Source: an uncultured Verrucomicrobiae bacterium (GTDB lineage Bacteria; Verrucomicrobiota; Verrucomicrobiia; Chthoniobacterales; UBA10450). From it: a DNA stretch of 64,000 bases. The notes under the pieces are model-generated. The model had not been told where the DNA came from. It worked only from the letters and a program-made list of their open reading frames with translations, and did not search any database. The DNA is taken from assembly GCA_963735805.1 (NCBI GenBank), contig CAVTMK010000002.1, positions 15,012 to 79,011 on the forward strand. The letters are read 5' to 3'. Shown one piece after another: positions 46,488-55,072 of the stretch (within the stretch, counting starts at the first letter, position 1; each line of letters starts with the position of its first letter). The position numbers were made by a program, and so were the translations under genes.

Positions 46488-47470
46488 AGGTCGCCGTCTT
46501 TGGCACCAGAAGTTACGATCGTGAATTTCTTGGCGCGGCAAATCATTCGCGTCACGAATTACATTTCTTTGAGCCGCACTTGAACGAGCAAACGGCCGGC
46601 CTCGCAGCCGGATTCAATGCCGTTTGCGTTTTTGTCAATGATCAGGTTGGCGCGGCAACGATTACAGCGTTGAACTCGTTAGGCGTACGTCTGATTGCGC
46701 TGCGTTGCGCCGGATACAACAATGTCGATCTAAGTGCCGCTAAGAAACATGGCATCACCGTCGTGCGCGTCCCCGGATATTCGCCTTACGCAGTGGCGGA
46801 GCACGCGATCGGTTTGGTGCTGGCGCTCGATCGCAAACTGCATCGCGCATCCAACCGGGTGCGTGAAGGCAATTTCGCGCTCGACGGTCTGCTCGGGTTC
46901 GATCTCCACGGCAAAACTGTTGGAATCATCGGCACCGGAAAAATTGGGACTGTCGTGGCGCAAATTCTCACTGGCTTTGGTTGCCCGACATTGGTATTCG
47001 ATCCGATTCCGAACGAGAAATGTCGATCCTTGGGAGCCCGTTACGTCGAGTTGGAAGAGCTCCTCGCGCAGTCCGACATCGTCACTTTACACTGCCCGCT
47101 TACACCGGAGAACAAGCACATGATCAACGCCGCTGCGATCGCAAAGATGAAAACCGGAGTGATGCTGATTAATACCAGCCGGGGTGCGCTGCTAGACACG
47201 GTGGCCGTAATCGAGGCCCTAAAGAGCGGCAAGATCGGATATCTCGGTCTTGACGTTTACGAAGAAGAGGAACAGATCTTTTTCGAAGATCGCTCTGGTC
47301 TAATCATTCCCGATGACGTGTTCGCGCGGCTATTAACTTTCCCAAATGTCATCATTACGGGTCACCAGGCCTTCTTTACGCGGGAAGCTTTAGAAAACAT
47401 CGCGGCTGTTACCGTACACAACCTCACGAGCTTCGAAAATGGACTGAAGCTTGAAAATCAGCTTATTTGA
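46484..47470 (+). CDS. ldhA: D-lactate dehydrogenase / D-isomer-specific 2-hydroxyacid dehydrogenase
   Basis: [52 protein letters not shown] and TGHQAFFT. Confidence 0.85.
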   Translation: MKVAVFGTRSYDREFLGAANHSRHELHFFEPHLNEQTAGLAAGFNAVCVFVNDQVGAATITALNSLGVRLIALRCAGYNNVDLSAAKKHGITVVRVPGYSPYAVAEHAIGLVLALDRKLHRASNRVREGNFALDGLLGFDLHGKTVGIIGTGKIGTVVAQILTGFGCPTLVFDPIPNEKCRSLGARYVELEELLAQSDIVTLHCPLTPENKHMINAAAIAKMKTGVMLINTSRGALLDTVAVIEALKSGKIGYLGLDVYEEEEQIFFEDRSGLIIPDDVFARLLTFPNVIITGHQAFFTREALENIAAVTVHNLTSFENGLKLENQLI

Positions 47471-47603
47471 GGACGCTCGGGACGAGACGACGGCAACAGT
47501 GCTGGTTCGCGGCTGATCACCGCCCCGACAGGAGCGCAAGAAATGACCAATCTTTGCCAAGCCAGGACAGGCTGCGCTTCCATAAATTACGCACACTTAC
47601 GGC

Positions 47604-48107
47604 ATGAGAATCACAAGCATCATCGGCCTTGCCGTAAGTCTAATTCTAGTGGCTGGCAACGCGTGCGCCGTTCAACCAGCGAAAGCGGAACCCAAGCTCC
47701 ATAGCGGCAGCATCCAGCCGTTCACGTATGGCAACGTTGTTGCTCATTTCAAGGCCGCTGGACTTCGGACTACCGAAGTACAAAAGCGTTGCACCATCTT
47801 TTTCGAGGGCAGATGGAAGAATGCTAACATTTATGACTATTGCGTTATCATGGTGGAAAACTCCGATGAAGATGTGCAAGTGACGTTTTATCTTACTGAC
47901 GCCCATGAGATGAATTGGGTAACAGAATTCCTCGACGCCCCATTCTTTGCTCAACCGGAAACGCAAAAGCTCTTTGGCTTGATTAATTCGGGACACGACA
48001 TTCGCGGAGAAAAAGTCGGCCGCTTTCGTGTGGATTTTAATCGCTGGCAACCGCGCCATGCCGAGATTCTCGTGTTTAGCCTCACCCCAGTTCGCGCTCG
48101 AGGTTAA
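47604..48107 (+). CDS. Hypothetical secreted protein
   Basis: Signal peptide MRITSIIGLAVSLILVAGNACA. No family recognised. A/T-richer than its flanks. Confidence 0.5.
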   Translation: MRITSIIGLAVSLILVAGNACAVQPAKAEPKLHSGSIQPFTYGNVVAHFKAAGLRTTEVQKRCTIFFEGRWKNANIYDYCVIMVENSDEDVQVTFYLTDAHEMNWVTEFLDAPFFAQPETQKLFGLINSGHDIRGEKVGRFRVDFNRWQPRHAEILVFSLTPVRARG

Positions 48108-48294
48108 TCAAGCCTTGATGACGCGATCGCGGTGAGGAGGGCTCCGATGACTCCTGAGAACTGACCAGCGAGAAACGGCGAACCGCGACAAACATAGCTC
48201 GGGAAATTTCCTCGTTTTTCAAACGCCAGTTGTCCAAAGGATGCGAACAGATGTCTCGACTCCCAAGCGATCCATCCCGAATAGTAATAACACG

Positions 48295-50223
48295 ATGGCC
48301 CAGGCTATTGCCTCTCCAAAGCTCAGACATCAGCCGCCAATCAGTCGGTTTTGGGAATCTGTCACCGTTCTACATCGTCGGAGAACCAGCATCATCGCTG
48401 CCTTTTCGGTTATGGCGATCCTAGTGCATCTCGTTCTGCGTTTTGGCTTACACATTTCTCCGGGAGTTTCCCAAATTCCGCTTGCTGCTGTGCTGGTTTT
48501 TGGTGGTGTTCCTCTCGTTTACGAACTAGCCGGAAATCTTTTACGCCGTGAATTCGGCTCTGATCTGCTTGCCGGACTTTCGATCGTCACTTCTGTCTTG
48601 CTTCACGAATACCTCGCTGGCGCGATCGTCGTATTGATGCTTTCCGGCGGCGAGGCGCTCGAAAATTATGCATTACGCAATGCATCTTCGGTCTTGCGGG
48701 CTTTAGCAAAACGGATGCCCGCCATCGCACATCGGAAACGAGATTCCGTAGTCAGCGACGTGGCGCTCGATGACATCGCGGTGGGCGACACACTAGTTAT
48801 TTATCCGCACGACATTTCTCCAGTGGACGGAACTGTGATTGATGGGCACGGAGTAATGAACGAAGCGTTCCTCACCGGGGAACCTTTCGAGATCACGAAA
48901 GCGCCCGGATCCGCCGTCATTTCCGGCGCGGTGAATGGTGAGTCCGTTCTCACTATCACAGCCTCGCGTCGTGCGGTCGATTCGCGCTACGCCAAGATCA
49001 TGAAGGTCATGCGGGAGTCCGAGCTAAACCAACCACATCTACGACGGCTCGGAGATCAATTGGGAGCGATTTACACTCCAGTCGCAGTCACCATTGCGGT
49101 ACTCGCGTGGGTCATCAGCGGCGAAGCCGTTCGCTTTCTCGCTGTACTCGTGATCGCCACACCCTGTCCGTTGCTGATTGCCATTCCGGTTTCGATTATC
49201 GGCTCGATTTCTTTGGCCGCGCGACGTTCGATCATCATAAAAAATCCAGCGGTCCTTGAACAAATCACGAACTGTCGCACTGCAATCTTCGATAAGACTG
49301 GAACACTCACGTACGGCGAGCCCAAGTTGACGGAACAATTTATCGCACCGGGTTTTGCACAGAAAGAAGTGCTTACGCTCGCGGCAAGTCTTGAGTTGTA
49401 TTCGAAACATCCGCTCGCTCGCGCCATTCTTGCCGCGGCGTCCTCCGAAGCGCTTCCGCTCCAGCAAGCGTCCCGGGTTAGCGAGCCTCCCGGCCAGGGA
49501 TTGCGAGGAACGGTCGGTGGTCATGAGGTTCAAATTACCAGCCGTGGCAAACTCATCACCGAAAAGGTACCGGGCTCCGAGCATCTTCCACCGATCGTTG
49601 GTGGACTGGAATGCGTCATCGTAATCGATGGGCGATTCGCAGCGGCTTTTCGATTGCGGGACGCGCCCCGCGCAGAAGGGCGTTCCTTTATTATGCACCT
49701 GGGACCGAAACATCAGTTCCAACGTGTCATGATCCTCTCCGGCGATCGGGAATCGGAAGTGCGTTATCTCGCGGAAGAGGTTGGTATCAGCGAAATTCAT
49801 GCGGAGCAAAGTCCGGAACAGAAGCTTACAATCGTTAGACAGGAAACTGCCCGCGCGAAGACCCTATATGTCGGCGATGGCATTAACGATGCGCCGGCAA
49901 TGATGGCGGCTACGGTAGGAATGGCAATCGGGCAGAACAGCGATGTGACCGCAGAAGCCGCTGACGTTGTGGCAATGGAAAATTCGCTGAAGAAAGTGGA
50001 TGAATTCATGCACATCAGCCGCAGGATGCGTTCTATTGCTTTGCAAAGCGCCGTCGGTGGAATGTTGTTAAGCTTTGGTGGTATGATGTTCGCCGCCGCA
50101 GGGTTTCTGACTCCGGTAGCTGGAGCTATCAGCCAGGAAATTATCGATGTGCTGGCGGTGCTGAATGCGCTGCGAGGTGCTTTCCCGCCAAAACTGATTT
50201 CGGATATCACAGAGGGCTCTTAG
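48295..50223 (+). CDS. P1B-type heavy-metal P-type ATPase with TPCP / QExxD transmembrane signature (P1B-5-like), no N-terminal metal-binding domain
   Basis: TGEPFEITK, VLVIATPCPLLIAIP (TPCP instead of CPC), FDKTGTLTYGEP, VGDGINDAPAMMAATVGMAIG and C-terminal TM GAISQEIIDVLAVLNALR. The track ORF starts at 48241; 48295 is the ATG giving MAQAIASPK. Confidence 0.78.
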   Translation: MAQAIASPKLRHQPPISRFWESVTVLHRRRTSIIAAFSVMAILVHLVLRFGLHISPGVSQIPLAAVLVFGGVPLVYELAGNLLRREFGSDLLAGLSIVTSVLLHEYLAGAIVVLMLSGGEALENYALRNASSVLRALAKRMPAIAHRKRDSVVSDVALDDIAVGDTLVIYPHDISPVDGTVIDGHGVMNEAFLTGEPFEITKAPGSAVISGAVNGESVLTITASRRAVDSRYAKIMKVMRESELNQPHLRRLGDQLGAIYTPVAVTIAVLAWVISGEAVRFLAVLVIATPCPLLIAIPVSIIGSISLAARRSIIIKNPAVLEQITNCRTAIFDKTGTLTYGEPKLTEQFIAPGFAQKEVLTLAASLELYSKHPLARAILAAASSEALPLQQASRVSEPPGQGLRGTVGGHEVQITSRGKLITEKVPGSEHLPPIVGGLECVIVIDGRFAAAFRLRDAPRAEGRSFIMHLGPKHQFQRVMILSGDRESEVRYLAEEVGISEIHAEQSPEQKLTIVRQETARAKTLYVGDGINDAPAMMAATVGMAIGQNSDVTAEAADVVAMENSLKKVDEFMHISRRMRSIALQSAVGGMLLSFGGMMFAAAGFLTPVAGAISQEIIDVLAVLNALRGAFPPKLISDITEGS

Positions 50224-50363
50224 GAAGAATGGACCATACACTGCCGTGCCGCCTATCCGGGTCGATCATGCTAGATATTTCCCCTTCAGCCACAGGCTTT
50301 CATCGCGAGCTCGCCGCAATCGAGCGAGCAGTGCCAGAAGGCCGATCTGCAGGTTTCTGCTAT

Positions 50364-50447
50364 TTACGCACCGCGTAAACAGCGCTCCATAATTAAGACG
50401 TATAGCCCCATCATCGCGGCTACGCCGAATGCAATTACGTATTCCAT
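50364..50447 (-). CDS. Possible 27-aa hydrophobic micro-protein
   Basis: Own translation: MEYVIAFGVAAMMGLYVLIMERCLRGA*. The ATG lies 10 nt after the stop of the Cys-rich ORF and is preceded by GGTGGAG. It is too short for the ORF track. Confidence 0.2.
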   Translation of the reverse strand: MEYVIAFGVAAMMGLYVLIMERCLRGA

Positions 50448-50457
50448 TTTCTCCACC

Positions 50458-50658
50458 TCACTTCTTGGTCTCCGCACAACCAGGGCAGGGATGCCCCCAG
50501 CGGTCGCATCGGCAGCCATGCTTCTTAGGATGACGGTCAACAATATTCTCCGTTGTGATCGGAACGTGACGCGCGTCCTTGGCCGGCGGCTTTACACGTG
50601 GAGCGACACAGCAGGCATTAAGGTATTCATCCATCGTTAGAACCAGATCCGTTTTCAT
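50458..50658 (-). CDS. Small Cys-rich hypothetical protein (66 aa)
   Basis: The ATG at 50658 is preceded by AGAGGAAA. Sequence: MKTDLVLTMDEYLNACCVAPRV...HPKKHGCRCDRWGHPCPGCAETKK. The track ORF extends to a TTG at 50763. Confidence 0.4.
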   Translation of the reverse strand: MKTDLVLTMDEYLNACCVAPRVKPPAKDARHVPITTENIVDRHPKKHGCRCDRWGHPCPGCAETKK

Positions 50659-50858
50659 AACCGTTTCCTCTTTTCGATCAGAGACTACGGTCACGATGAG
50701 AAAAGCACTCCTCCTGGATTGGCTTTTGCTTTGCAAAAATTGCCCAGGCTTTGGACAAACCAAGTGAGTCTTCGCCGTGACTTGGCGGCGGGCAATGCTA
50801 GAGCAACGCGATAATCCGTTGGCGAGAAAAGATGCGGTGCGCAGCTGGTGGGCGCCGA

Positions 50859-51998
50859 CTAACTGGGCACCGCGGCGTGTCCTGATACGTTGAGACCTTC
50901 GTACGTTTCCTCAACGATATGATCCACCACGGCCTTCATATCATGCGTACGTTCGAACGCAGCAAGTTGTCGGTCTGCGCCGGTGCCTTCACGCATGATG
51001 CGTTCGATATGCGCCATCTCACGATGGGTCCCGAGCTCGTCTGCCTCGCTGGCAACAAATTCAAGCAACTCGTTCAGCAACCTGCGCTCTTCTACTTCCG
51101 CTTCCCTGCCGAAATCGATCAGTTTTCCGTTGATGCCGTAGCGCGCTGCGCGCCAACGGTTTTCATCCAGAAGGCGACGACGGTAAATCCGGAAGGTAGT
51201 GTTTTGCCAGAGCAATTTGAAAAGCTTGGCAATGACTGCCTGGATCAGCGCTGCAATCGCGAGCGTGTCATCCACCCGGGTCTGGGCATCGCACACGCGC
51301 ACCTCCAGCGTATCGAAAAATGGATGCAGCCGAATGTCCCACCAGATTTTTTTCGCGTTGTCGACGCAGCCGGTCTTAACCAGCAGCTTGCAGTAGTCTT
51401 CATACTCCGACAGCGACTCGAATGCGTCGGGAATGCCGGTGCGCGGAAAACGCTCGAACACTTTGAGGCGATAACCTTTCAGCCCGGTATCGTGCCCTAT
51501 CCAAAACGGAGAGTTGACTGAAAGCGCGTAAATATGCGGCAAGAAATAGCGTGCTTGATTCATCACATGGATGGCGCTTTCGCGATCAGGCACTCCGACG
51601 TGAACGTGCAACCCAAAGATCAGATTTGCCCGTGCAAGCAATTGCATGTCTTCGATAATCTGCTTGTAACGTTCGCCCTCGGTGATGTGCTGATTGCGCC
51701 AATGCGAAAACGGATGCGTGCCAACTGACGCGATCTTTAATCCACTCCGACCGGCTAGCTCCGCCAGTCGGCTGCGCAATTCGATCACATGCGCGCGCGC
51801 GCAATTGATGGAATCGCAAACCTCCGTGCCGAGTTCCACCACAGACTGGTGCATCTCGGGCTTGATCTGCTCTTTAAGGAGGATTTTTCCGCCTTCGAGA
51901 ATTTCGTGAATATGCGACCGCAACTCACGCGTTTCCGGATCGATAATGGCGAACTCCTCTTCGATGCCGAGGGTGAATGTGTGCTCCTTCGCGCTCAT
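50859..51998 (-). CDS. Carboxylate-amine ligase, YbdK / GCS2 (glutamate-cysteine ligase 2) family
   Basis: FTLGIEEEFAIIDPETREL, EMHQSVVELGT, GTHPFSHW, LIFGLHVHVGV and SVNSPFW. An alternative TTG start lies at 52022. Confidence 0.85.
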   Translation of the reverse strand: MSAKEHTFTLGIEEEFAIIDPETRELRSHIHEILEGGKILLKEQIKPEMHQSVVELGTEVCDSINCARAHVIELRSRLAELAGRSGLKIASVGTHPFSHWRNQHITEGERYKQIIEDMQLLARANLIFGLHVHVGVPDRESAIHVMNQARYFLPHIYALSVNSPFWIGHDTGLKGYRLKVFERFPRTGIPDAFESLSEYEDYCKLLVKTGCVDNAKKIWWDIRLHPFFDTLEVRVCDAQTRVDDTLAIAALIQAVIAKLFKLLWQNTTFRIYRRRLLDENRWRAARYGINGKLIDFGREAEVEERRLLNELLEFVASEADELGTHREMAHIERIMREGTGADRQLAAFERTHDMKAVVDHIVEETYEGLNVSGHAAVPS

Positions 51999-52139
51999 TG
52001 AGGGGGGGCAAATCTCCGCCAAAAAGAGAGCGCTGTCATCCCGACCCGGTCACTTCGCGATGTTCCCTTGCAGAGATCGTCTTTTATAGCGCCGCAAGTT
52101 AGCTGAATCGGGCTGAGGAAGCGAAGTTGACTATAGCTC

Positions 52140-53105
52140 TTATGCGAGATCGCTAAGCGAGCGTTTCGTCACCGCAGCTTGCAGGAACTTGCCCCAGCTT
52201 AAGTTGTCGCGGCCTGAAACGTGTTCGCGCGCTTTACGGATCGCCATTTCCGAAACGGCTTCGACGACCCATTCAAAATTTGCCTGGCCTACCGATGCTG
52301 CTTCTGCATCTGGCGCAGGGTTACAAAAATCTATTGCCAGTGGCAGGCCGTCGCGCACGGCGAACTCCACGGTGTTCAAGTCGTAGCCAAGAAATTGATT
52401 CAACCGCAAAACACCTTCCTCAACTTTCTGTAGAACCTCTTTCGGCGTCTGCCACTCAGTTTGATATCTCAGGTGATAAGGATGACGCGGTTCATACGGC
52501 ATGATCCGCACGTGGCGTTGATCGATCGAGTAACACCGGAAATACATTTCGAACTTTACCTCCTCTTGTAACATCATTACCAGTTGGCCGGTTTCGCTGT
52601 AGGCGCGGTAAAATTCGTCCGGATTGTGTAATCGGTAAACGTTCTTCCAGCCGCCGCCTGCGAATGGTTTGAAGAACGCAGGCCAGCCGACGTAACTGAA
52701 AATGGCTTCCCAATTCAGCGGATACCCAAGATTGCGAAATGATTTATCGTTTGTGTCCGCCGGGGGTTGGTTGGACGGAAGTAACACGGTTCGCGGTACG
52801 GCGACGCCGATCTTTGTCGCTAGCGCGTTGTTGAAGAATTTTTCGTCCGCGCTCCACCAGAAAGGATTATTTACCACCGCTGTACCAGTGAGCGCTGCGT
52901 TTTTGAGCCAAGCCCGATAGAACGGGACATCTTGCGAAATGCGATCGATCACCACGTCGTAACCGCAAGGCTCGCCTTGAATCACCTTGTCGATTCTGAC
53001 GAATTCCGCGACGATGTCCTTGCCGCCGGTTTTTTGATTCACCCTCTCGACAAATGCCGGTGGAAAACTGTGTTCCTGGCCAAAAAGAATTCCGATTTTT
53101 TTCAT
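52140..53105 (-). CDS. ATP-grasp family ligase (RimK / glutathione-synthetase-like fold)
   Basis: KIGILFGQEHSFPPAFVERV, VVIDRISQDVPFYRAWLK, VNNPFWWSADEKFFNN, WPAFFKPFAGGGWKNVYRL and NTVEFAV. Confidence 0.75.
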   Translation of the reverse strand: MKKIGILFGQEHSFPPAFVERVNQKTGGKDIVAEFVRIDKVIQGEPCGYDVVIDRISQDVPFYRAWLKNAALTGTAVVNNPFWWSADEKFFNNALATKIGVAVPRTVLLPSNQPPADTNDKSFRNLGYPLNWEAIFSYVGWPAFFKPFAGGGWKNVYRLHNPDEFYRAYSETGQLVMMLQEEVKFEMYFRCYSIDQRHVRIMPYEPRHPYHLRYQTEWQTPKEVLQKVEEGVLRLNQFLGYDLNTVEFAVRDGLPLAIDFCNPAPDAEAASVGQANFEWVVEAVSEMAIRKAREHVSGRDNLSWGKFLQAAVTKRSLSDLA

Positions 53106-53572
53106 AACTGGATGTGTGTCATTTCGAGTGAAGCCAAAGGCGGAAGTCGAGAAATCTCTTACGCTTACATGTCTTGCAGTACGTCAGCGGCGAAATCAAG
53201 CCAACTCGGATTCATGCGATTGATGAGAGCGCTTTTTTGGCGCGTGACCATTTCTTTAGCTGTGATTCACGGGCAATCGCGTCGCGAATACTCCTATAAT
53301 GCTCATATTAGATGAGCTTTTTGCATTGATAACGGGCCACGAAATTCGCCCAATCCTTTTTCGGTGTTTCCATGTTCGCCGCGACAGGCTATTTGTGACG
53401 CCGATATATAAACCGGAATCGTTCGGTTAGTGACAATGTAACCCAGAAATCGTAATCGCGTGGCATCGCTGAAGATAAACAATTAGAGATGTCTCAACTT
53501 TGATCGACATGACGAGAAGGAAAACCCAGAGCGTGAGTTTGAATCCGCATCGCGCAAGAATAGCTTAAGCCT

Positions 53573-53956
53573 ATGGTCAAGAAATTGCTGCATACGCGCT
53601 ATCGCGTCCACGACCTGGAGAAAACGGTTTCGTTCTACAAGGAGGTGCTGGGACTCGAGGAACTTCGCCGGCACACGTCCGGTCGCGGGTCGCAGCTTGT
53701 GTTTTTAAAGGCGCCCCATGGCGATGTGGAGATCGAGATTTGTAAATTTGACGAGAGCGGCCCGGTAACAGTTGGTCCCGATCTTACCCATCTCGCATTT
53801 GAAGTCGACGATCTGGAAACGTTTGCCAAGCACGCGGAGGCAAAAGGTTACCCGCTGTCCGATGGACCTCATTCGAGCGGCACCGGTAAAATTGCATTCA
53901 TCGACGCTCCGGAAGGCTACGAGATCGAATTGATCGAGCACGGGCGAAAATCATAG
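53573..53956 (+). CDS. gloA: Glyoxalase I (lactoylglutathione lyase) / VOC family
   Basis: LLHTRYRVHDLEKTVSFYKEVLGL, VEIEICKF, THLAFEVDD and IDAPEGYEIELIE. 127 aa, GloA-sized. Confidence 0.82.
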   Translation: MVKKLLHTRYRVHDLEKTVSFYKEVLGLEELRRHTSGRGSQLVFLKAPHGDVEIEICKFDESGPVTVGPDLTHLAFEVDDLETFAKHAEAKGYPLSDGPHSSGTGKIAFIDAPEGYEIELIEHGRKS

Positions 53957-54022
53957 ACACAAGACTAGCATTTGCGGTTCGGTGCTTGTGCCGGTAAAAG
54001 TTCTGTCACTAATTTCCAACCC

Positions 54023-55072
54023 ATGAAATTGTCGCGCAACTGGCTCTCGTTCCTTTGCGTTCTTATCCTGGCATCGGTTCCTAATGTATGGGGCCAGGAC
54101 GCCGCTGACTCCGACGCTGTACGACCGAGTGGAGTCTCAGGGCCAGTCCGCAAAGCGAAGACGGTTACAGATAAAGAGAAGGCGAACTCATCCGATGGTG
54201 AACAGGACGCCGATGCCGAACCGAGTCCGACCCGCAAGGCAAAAGGCTCGAAATCGACCCATACCCGATCGCACCGGGCGCGGGTGAAAGCGAAAGAAAC
54301 GTCGGAATCAATCGCTGCGCCGACCGATTACACGCCCGAGGGCATACCGAAGACCACCGCGGCGTCAGTGATTGTGGTAGATGCGAATAGCGGCAAAATC
54401 TTGTACGAAAAAAATGCGGACCAGTTCAGGGCCGCGGCAAGCACACAGAAACTGCTTACGGCGCTGATTGTGGCGGAGAGCGGCTTTCTTGATCGACAGG
54501 TCACAGTGCAACCGACAGATACAAACGCTGAGCCGGTGAAGTTGAACATCAAGGCGGGCGACACTTATCAGCGGATCGATCTTCTGCGCGCGTTACTGGT
54601 GAAAAGTCCTAATGATGTCGCTCGATGTCTGGCGCGAGATAATGCCGGCAGTATCGAAGCGTTTGCAGACGTCATGAATAGACGCGCCCAACAACTTGGA
54701 GCTGTGCACTCGCACTTTGTAAATCCGAACGGTTTGCCGATACCGGGCCAATATTCCACTGCACGCGACCTCTCGCTCATCGCGCGGGCTGCTTATGCAA
54801 ATCCGACGATCCGGTCGATCGTTTGTCTACCGCAACTGGTTTTTCGATTCGCCAACGGCCGCACACGCGAGCTTGAAAACACCAACAGGCTTCTCAGGCG
54901 ATTGCCGTACTGCAACGGGATGAAGACGGGTTACACCGAGGCTGCAGGCAAATGTTTAATCGCAAGCGGCACACGCCCGGGCAAGGATGTGATTGTTGTA
55001 GTCTTGGGCGACAGCTCAAGCCACGTGTGGCGCGATGCGTCCGCGCTACTCTCCTGGAGTCTCTGGTTGTAA
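54023..55072 (+). CDS. D-alanyl-D-alanine carboxypeptidase (S11, PBP5/6-type)
   Basis: Signal peptide MKLSRNWLSFLCVLILASVPNVWG, plus SxxK (ASTQK), SxN (SPND) and KTG (MKTGYT). Confidence 0.85.
   Translation: MKLSRNWLSFLCVLILASVPNVWGQDAADSDAVRPSGVSGPVRKAKTVTDKEKANSSDGEQDADAEPSPTRKAKGSKSTHTRSHRARVKAKETSESIAAPTDYTPEGIPKTTAASVIVVDANSGKILYEKNADQFRAAASTQKLLTALIVAESGFLDRQVTVQPTDTNAEPVKLNIKAGDTYQRIDLLRALLVKSPNDVARCLARDNAGSIEAFADVMNRRAQQLGAVHSHFVNPNGLPIPGQYSTARDLSLIARAAYANPTIRSIVCLPQLVFRFANGRTRELENTNRLLRRLPYCNGMKTGYTEAAGKCLIASGTRPGKDVIVVVLGDSSSHVWRDASALLSWSLWL

Noticed and set aside
53119-53165. gtcatttcgagtgaagccaaaggcggaagtcgagaaatctc upstream of the ATP-grasp gene. It resembles the short REP/MITE-like 'gtcat(t/c)(t/c)cgag...gaaatc' elements common in soil-bacterial intergenic DNA. 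A vaguely similar gtcatcccgacc lies at about 52035
   Set aside because: There is a single convincing copy in the window and its arms pair only over 5 bp (ATTTC/GAAAT). Repeat status cannot be established without the rest of the genome.
53296-53325. TATAAT box followed by the hairpin GCTCAT-attag-ATGAGC plus T5, in the 467-bp gap between the ATP-grasp gene and gloA (possible sRNA or attenuator)
   Set aside because: The stem is only 6 bp and A/T-rich. There is no supporting -35 element and no conservation information, so it could easily be chance.
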